From contig CAWDML010000001.1 in assembly GCA_963803435.1 (NCBI GenBank), positions 896,001-960,000 of the forward strand: DNA of 64,000 nucleotides. The letters run 5' to 3'. Source of the DNA: an uncultured delta proteobacterium. GTDB taxonomy: Bacteria > Myxococcota > Kuafuiibacteriia > Kuafuiibacteriales > Kuafuiibacteriaceae. This document shows, piece by piece, positions 56,992-64,000 of the stretch; within the stretch, counting starts at the first letter, position 1; each line of letters opens with the position of its first letter. Position numbers and translations under genes: made by a program. The notes under the pieces were generated by a model. That model did not search any database. It was not told the origin of the DNA and saw only the letters and a list, made by a program, of their open reading frames with translations.

Positions 56992-58215
56992 TCAGCAAGA
57001 ACCGAACCCACGACGCTTGAAGACTGCGCTCGCGATCATCAAGCCGACCACCAGCTGGAAAGCGATCAGCAGCACTCGGAAGAAGGAATCGCTCGACTCG
57101 GGAGAGCCGGCGAGGAGATGCAGGATTCCTTGCGTGCCGACGAACCCGGGCGCGAGCTGGAGGAGCCCCGGAACGACCATCGTGGCCGGCACATTGCCAG
57201 GGATGCGCGCGTGGAGCTTGGCGGCCACGCCGAGCACAAAGGCGGAGACCAGGGGGGCTCCGTCGGGAATGAAGGCCTTGGTCAGCTCCTGAGTCCCGAA
57301 CGCGACGAGCACGGCCAGCACCACCCAGTGCAGGTCGCGCAACCTTGCTTGCAGACACAATACGAGCGCTGCACCCCCGACGACCAATATCCCCAGGACG
57401 GTAGGGGTCGGCAGAGCCTTCCCGTGGGCAGACGCCGGCACGTCGGCGAAGAGCCGCCAGAGGTTCAAAGCGGCCAGGATTCCCGCAGCGAGCATGAGGA
57501 AGCGCAGAAGCCCGTACGCCAGCCGGATCACACCGGACTCGAGCGCGTCCGCGGTGAGCTCTTCGATCCCGGTGGCGACCACCATGGCCGGTACCAAGAG
57601 GACCGCGCCGCCAAAGAGGGCCGGCGCAAGATCGAACGTGGGGAGGAAGGCGGCCAGTACGAGCACCGCCAGGCTCCCCAACAATCCGGCCACGAAGCTC
57701 TGCAACAGGTCGACCGTTCGCGAGCGGATGGTGCGGTAATGAATCAACCCGGCGATGACCCCCGCGGCCGCAGCCACCGCCATCTCGAGCCAGGCACCTC
57801 CGACGCGAGCCGCGACGGCCGCACTATAGACGCCGTAGGCGACCACCACCGGCGCCTTCGCATATCCGGTCACGCTGGCGTTGATCCGGCGAAGCTCGTC
57901 TCGGCCCTCCTCGATGTCGCGGCTCCCGCCGGCCAGCGACCGCCCGAGCGCCAGCAGCTCATGCATACGGGCCATCTGCCAGTGGCCCTCAAAAGGAATC
58001 TTGTGCAGCTCTGCCCGGCGCTGTCCGTTCTCGACGGTCTCCGCGAGCACATAGCTCTGCAGCACCACGAGCTCGCTATCGACACCGAGGGTGCGGGCGG
58101 CTCCTCCGACGAGATCTTCGATGACGTTGGACGGTACCGAGACGACGTGCAGTGCTTGGGCGAGCTCGATCAAGAGTCGAGATGCCTCATCGGGATCCTT
58201 CGGCTGGGTAGTCAT
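56992..58215 (-). CDS. Threonine/serine exporter (ThrE) family protein
   Basis: ~10 TM helices; LLVPAMVVATGIEEL...SGVIRL; VPGLLQLAPG. Confidence 0.85.
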   Translation of the reverse strand: MTTQPKDPDEASRLLIELAQALHVVSVPSNVIEDLVGGAARTLGVDSELVVLQSYVLAETVENGQRRAELHKIPFEGHWQMARMHELLALGRSLAGGSRDIEEGRDELRRINASVTGYAKAPVVVAYGVYSAAVAARVGGAWLEMAVAAAAGVIAGLIHYRTIRSRTVDLLQSFVAGLLGSLAVLVLAAFLPTFDLAPALFGGAVLLVPAMVVATGIEELTADALESGVIRLAYGLLRFLMLAAGILAALNLWRLFADVPASAHGKALPTPTVLGILVVGGAALVLCLQARLRDLHWVVLAVLVAFGTQELTKAFIPDGAPLVSAFVLGVAAKLHARIPGNVPATMVVPGLLQLAPGFVGTQGILHLLAGSPESSDSFFRVLLIAFQLVVGLMIASAVFKRRGFGSC

Positions 58216-58227
58216 GAAGGAGCGAAT

Positions 58228-58243
58228 CGCAATCTCCGTTCCA
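58228..58243 (-). promoter_or_regulatory. sigma-54 promoter with upstream dyad (58271-58293)
   Basis: TGGAAC-GGAGA-TTGCG; -12 C is 14 nt before ATG 58215. Confidence 0.6.
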
Positions 58244-58352
58244 AGCCGCTCGAGAGTGTCGCGAAATGGTCGCCGAGGTCGATCGACTCGGCGCGATCCG
58301 GGAGCTGCGCATCGTTTGATCAATGGAGCAAGAAGGCAAACGCTCCAGATGC

Positions 58353-59535
58353 ATGACGATCGCTACGCTGCTCCTGCTGTTGTCGTCGTCCACAATCTCG
58401 ACCGCTTCGACGGCGACCGCCGCTGCGGACTCCTTCCGCGTCGACTTCAAGCCGGGCTCCAAGGGACTCGTCATCGAGGTACCGAAGATTGTCAGCGTCG
58501 CGATCGGTCTTCGCGGACAGCTGCTCTACGCCGTCCAGAAGGGGACCGAGGTCGAGCAGAGCTTTCAGGTGCGGCGAGCGCGGGTGGTCTTCCAGGGCTA
58601 TTTGTTGGGCGAGCACAACGAATACGAGGTCGAGCTAGCACTCTCCCCGGAGGACGTCCTCGATGCGAACGGCGGACCGGACGGTGACCCGCAGACGTCG
58701 CCGCTGCTCGACCTGTTCGTTCGATTCTCCCAGCTCCGCGACCTCACGCTGCAGGTGGGCCAATACAAGATTCCGTACGATCGGGAGCGAATGATCTCCT
58801 CCGCAAATTTGAACCTCGTCGATCGATCGATCGTCGACTCGGAGTTCACCTTCGATCGCGATATCGGCGCCGAGCTCTTCTCGAAGGATCTGCTCGGTCT
58901 TGGGTACCTGCGCTATTACGCCGGTGTGTCGGTCGGAGAGGGTCGCAACACGACGGAGTTCTCCGACTTCGGCAACCTCTACGTCCTTCGCGCGGAAGTT
59001 CTTCCGTTCGGTCTGTTCGACGACGGCACGGAAGGCGATCTCGGACGCACGAAAGCGCCGAAGCTGTCGGTGGGGATCGCATACGCATTCCTGGACGGCG
59101 GAAAGCGGGACAAGGGCATCCTCGGGAGAGTGCCGTCGGACGGAGGCACGACAGATACGCAGAACGTCACGGCCGATTCTGACGTTCCTCTGGCGAGGGC
59201 TCTCGATCCTCTCGGCGTTCTGCCTTCGCGACGGTGAGCGGTCTCCTCCCGAGGGTGCGAGGGATGTGGCCCTTCCGCGTGACGCGTGGGGCTACCTGGT
59301 CCAGCCGGCGTATCTTCTGCCGTGGTTCGAGCTCGAGGTCGTTGCTCGGTTTGCACGCGTCGTCCCCATGGGCGGTTCGAGCGTCACGCTCAACAGCGAC
59401 CTCGGCGGCGGCGTGAACTACTACTTCTACCAGGAGGCCATCAAGCTGCAGGCTGACTATCGCCGCCTCTGGCGGACCAATGACATTGGAGTGGGGACCG
59501 ACGTCTTCCGCCTGCAACTTCAGCTCGCGCTCTGA
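58353..59535 (+). CDS. OprO/OprP-like outer membrane porin (frameshift ~59177)
   Basis: FQVRRARV, VGQYKIPYDRE, DRDIG, GGVNYY, terminal RLQLQLAL; removing one T from GATTC joins the two ORFs. Confidence 0.8.
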
Positions 59536-59601
59536 GGCAACGCCAACGCGGGCTCAACAGGGTCTGCTTCTTGCTCGGCGTGAGAGCAAAGGAGTGATGA
59601 A

Positions 59602-61411
59602 GTGACCGACGAACGAAAGACTCTCCCAATCGAGGATCACGCGTTGATCGGGGACTTGAACACCGCAGCGCTGGTCGCTGGCGATGGAACGATCGACTTT
59701 CTATGCTTACCCGACTTCGACTCCGACGCGTGCTTCCTCTCTTTGCTCGGCGATGAGAGGAATGGGTGCTGGAAGATCGCGCCGCGCACGGATCCGCGCC
59801 AGAGCAGGAGGCAATATCGGGACGACACGCTCATCCTCGAAACCGACTTCGAGACCGACAGCGGTTCGGTGCGGCTCATCGATTTCATGCCCATTCGTTC
59901 AGGGGCCCCTCGCGTCGTCCGGATCGTCCAAGGGCTCCGAGGCGACGTGCCGATGAGGAGCGAGCTGGTGCCGCGGTTCAGCCATGGCCTGACGATCCCG
60001 CGTGACAGACCGCGGGACGGAGTCGTCGCAGCGATGGCCGGGCCGGACGGAGTCTTTCTGCGCACGAGCGGAGAGATCACGCCGGACCTTTCTTCGGACT
60101 TCACCATCCAGGCTGGCTCGTGCGTCTCGTTCGTCATGGCCTGGGCACCTCCCTACGAAGACGTTCCTCCCGCGATCGACCCGGACCGATCGCTGCGGGA
60201 GACCGAGGCGTTTTGGACGGACTGGAGCTCGACCCTCCACGTGCCCGAGGGCGACAGCGAGGTCGTCAAGCGATCGTTGCTCACGCTCAAGGCCTGCTGC
60301 TTTGCGAAGACGGGAGCCATCGTCGCCGCCCCCACGTTCGGCCTGCCCGAAGCTCCGGGAGGCAGCCGCAACTGGGACTATCGATTCTGCTGGCTCCGCG
60401 ACGCGTCGCTGACGCTCGGTGCGTTGCAGCGAGCCGGACTCGAGGACGAAGCGAAGAGATCCTTCGAGTGGCTGGTCGACGCCGTCGGAGGAGCCCCCTC
60501 GCAGCTGCAGATCATGTACGGGATCCGAGGCGAACGGCGCCTCACGGAGTCCGAGCTCGATTGGCTCCCCGGCTACGGAGGGGCGCGCCCGGTGCGCATC
60601 GGCAACGCCGCCTACCGCCAGTTCCAGCTGGACGTGTTTGGAGAGTTCGCGGCCATCCTTCATTCGGGAGCCCGCCAGATTCGGGAAGCTGTCTCCCCAA
60701 GCGAGGGCGGCGCTGAAGGTGGCGGCGACGAGCGTGGCGGCCAAGTGGATGGAGCCCGATCATGGGATCTGGGAGATGCGAGGTCCGAACCGATCGTTCA
60801 CGTCATCGAAGGTCTCGGCCTGGATGGCGATCGACCGCTGGGTGCGCTCGATCGAGGAGTTCGGGCTCGATGAAGACGCGTCGCCGTGGATCCGCCTCCG
60901 GCAGACCATCTTCGACGAGGTCTGCACCAAAGGCTTCGATCCCACCCGAAACACCTTCACCCAGTACTACGGCTCGAAAGGGCTCGATGGGAGCCTCCTC
61001 GTCATTCCCTTGTCCGGCTTTCTCCCGGCCGACGATCCGCGGGTGGTCGGAACCGTCGCTGCGATCGAGAAGGAGCTCATGCCCCAGGGACTCGTGCTCC
61101 GCTACCAGACGGAGGAGACGGACGACGGGTTGACCGGCGTGGAGGGAGTCTTCCTGCCATGCTCCTTCTGGCTCGCGACCACGTACCACCTGATGGGCCG
61201 GCACGAGGATGCGCGCGCGCTCTTCAACAAGCTCGTCCGGATGTGCAATGACGTGGGTCTCCTCGCGGAGGAGTACGATCCCACGCACGGACGCCAGCTC
61301 GGCAACTTCCCGCAGGCGTTCAGTCACCTCGCGCTCGTCGACTGCGCCTACGCCCTCGCCGAGCGGCAACCGCCGGTGCAGAGTCCCATCGCCGCGCACG
61401 CCGTCGCCTAG
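59602..61411 (+). CDS. Glycoside hydrolase family 15 (glucoamylase/trehalase-like; frameshift ~60680)
   Basis: IEDHALIGD, RNWDYRFCWLRD, QLDVFGE, GIWEMRG, LAEEYD...LGNFPQAFSHLAL. Confidence 0.9.
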
Positions 61412-61735
61412 GAGCGTGTAGCGCGTAAGCGCTCACGCGACCCCGGGCCGGGTTCCGGTCCGGTCCGGGTCCCGATCTCGAAGATGGCTGCCTTGAGTCA
61501 GACGCTCGCGACGGTCGCGAGCTTCGATTGGTAGAGCTTGAGCAGGTTGTGGGTGAGGCAGACGAGCGTCCACTCGGCTCGTACCTTGAAGAAGGAGCGT
61601 AGCGAGAACCGGCGGAATCCTCGTGCCCCTTTGATTTGTCCGAGCGCCGGTTCGACGATACTCTTCCTGCGGGCGTAGACCGCCTTGCCGTCGCGCGTTT
61701 GCAACTTGTCTCGCATTCGCTTGCGAGCGAGCGAG
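61408..61735 (-). mobile_element. IS1182-family remnant (transposase C-terminus + right end, CTAG boundary)
   Basis: MRDKLQTRDGKAVYARRKSIVEPALGQIK...GFRRFSLR...EWTLVCLTHNLLKL (DDE_Tnp_1_6-like). Confidence 0.85.
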
Positions 61736-62532
61736 GCAGGCTCGTCGAGCGCCAGCCCTCCGCTCTCCGAGTCGACGGGGACGCCCGTGTCGAGCCGCAC
61801 GCTGGAGTCGGAGTCGCTGCCGCCGAGGTCGTCGGCGCCCGCGTCGAGGCGGTCGCGCCGGAGGTCGATGCAGAGGCTACCGCGACCATAGGTATTGCCG
61901 GCGACGTCGGTGGCGACCGCCACGTAGCAGCGCGTGCCCTCGTCACTTCCGGGGTAGGCGAAGAGCGCGAGCGGGCCGGTGCTCGAGTGGAGGGCGGTCG
62001 CTGCGAGGAGCTGTTCGTCGTACGGGGTCACCTCGAAGAGCTGGTAGTAGGTCACCCCGAAGTCGTCGGTCCCGGGCGTGAGGTCGGCCCGCACCACGAA
62101 GCCGAGGATCCCGCATGTGCTGGGCTGCGCGTCGATCCACTCATAGCTGAGCGTGTCGATCCCTTTGAATTCGGGAGGCGTGACGTCCGCCTGGCTGGAC
62201 ATGGTGAAGCGGGCAGTCACCGACTGCGATCCGGGCTGTGTCGAGGTGGCGAAGAGCGTGAAGTCGCCGACCAAGCCGAGCCCGCCCAGGTCGGCGATGA
62301 CGAGCCCGTCCTGGACGGTGGGCGTGAGCACGAAGCCGCTGTCGCCCTGCGTGACGGTGACCTGCGCGTGGCTGTCGGCGCGGCCGAGCAGGACGATCTT
62401 GGCGTTGAGCGGGACGGTTGCACCGGACTCGGGCCGCGTGCCGTCGAAGCCCGGCGGTTGCGCAGGGCACGCGTGGGCAGGGAGGTCGGCGAGCGACACG
62501 ACGATCGCGACGGCGAGGGCAGCCCGGAGCAT
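61498..62532 (-). CDS. Chimeric ORF: secreted Ig-like protein fused in frame to an IS1182 transposase tail
   Basis: Signal peptide AHA-C, TRPESGATVPLNAKI, DVTPPEFKG, DAG linker ending ESGG, then transposase sequence. Confidence 0.72.
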   Translation of the reverse strand: MLRAALAVAIVVSLADLPAHACPAQPPGFDGTRPESGATVPLNAKIVLLGRADSHAQVTVTQGDSGFVLTPTVQDGLVIADLGGLGLVGDFTLFATSTQPGSQSVTARFTMSSQADVTPPEFKGIDTLSYEWIDAQPSTCGILGFVVRADLTPGTDDFGVTYYQLFEVTPYDEQLLAATALHSSTGPLALFAYPGSDEGTRCYVAVATDVAGNTYGRGSLCIDLRRDRLDAGADDLGGSDSDSSVRLDTGVPVDSESGGLALDEPASLARKRMRDKLQTRDGKAVYARRKSIVEPALGQIKGARGFRRFSLRSFFKVRAEWTLVCLTHNLLKLYQSKLATVASV

Positions 62533-62698
62533 GGCGCGGATGGTTCCGCGCTCGATCCGATTCGACAAGATGCCTTGGGGAACGAGGTGCCACAGAATTC
62601 TGAGGACGCGCCGAAGTGTCAGAAAGCCCTGTGCACCCAGGGCCGCAGGTTGCCGCTTCGACCTGTCACCGAGCGACGGTCCAGCGCGCCGAGAGGCG

Positions 62699-62714
62699 CG
62701 GCACGGCGATTGCG
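62699..62714 (+). promoter_or_regulatory. sigma-54 promoter
   Basis: CGGCAC-GGCGA-TTGCG; -12 C is 14 nt before ATG 62727. Confidence 0.62.
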
Positions 62715-62726
62715 TTGGGCCGGACC

Positions 62727-64000
62727 ATGTCCGAGATCCGAGGCTTTCGCTCGCCCCCTCTCCACGGCGATGCCGCGATGCGGCTCCGCGAGCTCATCGC
62801 GGAGCGCCCGCAGGAGCTGGTCTCCGCGGAGCTTCTCGACGATGTCCTGAGCCGGGAGCTCCTCGACGCGCGAGGGCTCGACGACCTCGGCTTCCTCCCC
62901 GAGCCCAGCCGGGACCTGGGACGTACGCCGGCGCAGCGGGCGCTCCACGTCGATCGTGACGAGAACCGGATCGAGACCGACGACGGCTATCGCGTCGAGC
63001 TCGCCGACAATCGCGTCTCGATCTACGCGCCGGGAAGCACCACGCCCGACACTGTCATCGACGGGCGCGACGTGACGGAGGCCGACGGGACGACCTGGCG
63101 GGCCGAGACCGGCAACTTCGTACTGCCGAACAACGCGATGCTCCGTATCAAATACGACGGCGACCAGATCGGCGATCTGACCGTGCAGCACGGAGACGGC
63201 GTGGTCGGCGTCGACGGGATGGGATGGGGCGACGGCAGCGTCGAGATCGGTCGGGTGAAGAGCGGAGGCTACGACTGGCGGGTCGACAACGTCGAGCGCA
63301 ACGTCGACGAGCCGACCTACCGCATGGGCGGCTACTTCGACGGGGCGGATGACCGCGACGTCACCTGGAACCGCTTCCGCTACGGCGAGAACGAAGGTCG
63401 CATGGAGGGGCGGAGCGCGGACGGAGGCGAGTACGTCGTCAATCCCGAGCTACGCCCCGAGCTCGGGACCCCCGACTACGAGCGCATGCTTCGCTCCGAG
63501 GTCAAGGATCTTCTACGCGACGATGGCCGGCAACTACGAGGCCGACGGCCTCGACGAGGACACGGCTCGGACCCTCGCGGACACGTATCTCGGGCTCACC
63601 GGCGTCTACGACGACTACGCGAGCCAGATCCGCGCGAGCGAGCTGGGCGGTGTCGACGAGCAGAGCATCTACGGAGTGCTCGACCAGCTGCAGAGCCTCT
63701 ACGACTCGAGCACGCTCTCGACGAACGGCGCGGACGCCCTCTACCAGCAGCTGCTCGGAGCGCCTCAGATGAGCGGCCTCGGTGACGCGGAGCAGCTCGC
63801 GATGCAGGCGATTCTAGCGCAGGTGCTTCAAGCTGCCGGCCAGATGGCGCCCACCGGCGCGAACAGCACGCTCGGCGAGCTCGCGTTTCGTAAGCTCCTC
63901 GAACAGCTCCAGTCTCAGCTGGCCGGCGGCGGCGGATGGCAGCCCGCCGGGCTCGCAGGATCGGGGCATCAGAGCCTCGGCTCGGCGATGGCTGCGATCC
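62727..64000 (+). CDS. Protein with degenerate DUF1521-like domain and Gly/Gln/Leu-rich tail (frameshift ~63507; 3' end outside window)
   Basis: RIETDDGYRVE...DGRDVTEADGTTW...FVLPNNA aligns with the 51090 domain; removing one base continues into FYATMAGNYEADG... to the window end. Confidence 0.68.

Noticed and set aside
58353-61411. Programmed frameshifting or true pseudogenes for porin, GH15 and other split genes
   Set aside because: No slippery heptamers, halves undegraded, breaks share a GATC context that suggests sequencing error; unresolved without reads
1-64000. tRNA, rRNA, CRISPR array, prophage or integrase
   Set aside because: None recognised by reading; small structured RNAs cannot be excluded without covariance-model searches

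Overview
High-GC, gene-dense bacterial window with a Myxococcota-like signature: six Hanks-type Ser/Thr kinases, an FHA/sigma-54 enhancer-binding protein, MYXO-CTERM-like tails, many lipoproteins and a DUF1501 operon. I saw no rRNA, tRNA or CRISPR array. Three loci stand out. (1) A tightly coupled 10-gene minus-strand operon (31371-41425) encoding a dedicated type II FAS/PKS-like elongation set (KS, chain-length-factor-like KS, ACP, FabG, FabZ, FabV) plus a luciferase-like monooxygenase, an ALDH-TPR fusion, an SDR and an ABC1/UbiB kinase; both flanks look like insertion scars. (2) A cluster of tiny paralogous proteins behind sigma-54-like promoters, resembling T3SS pilin/needle subunits, beside a GDPH (DUF1521/MIIA-like) protein (49903-52707), with a degenerate relative at 62727 to the window end. 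(3) A single-gene RRE-like + LanD-type flavin decarboxylase + methyltransferase fusion (26175-27569). Window-wide patterns are pervasive leaderless gene starts (TANNNT 6-9 nt, or sigma-54 -12 element 14 nt, before the start codon), two copies of a ~69 bp CTAG-bounded IS1182-like end, and six frameshifts at or next to GATC that are probably sequencing errors. All family calls come from motif recognition by eye; no database search was run.
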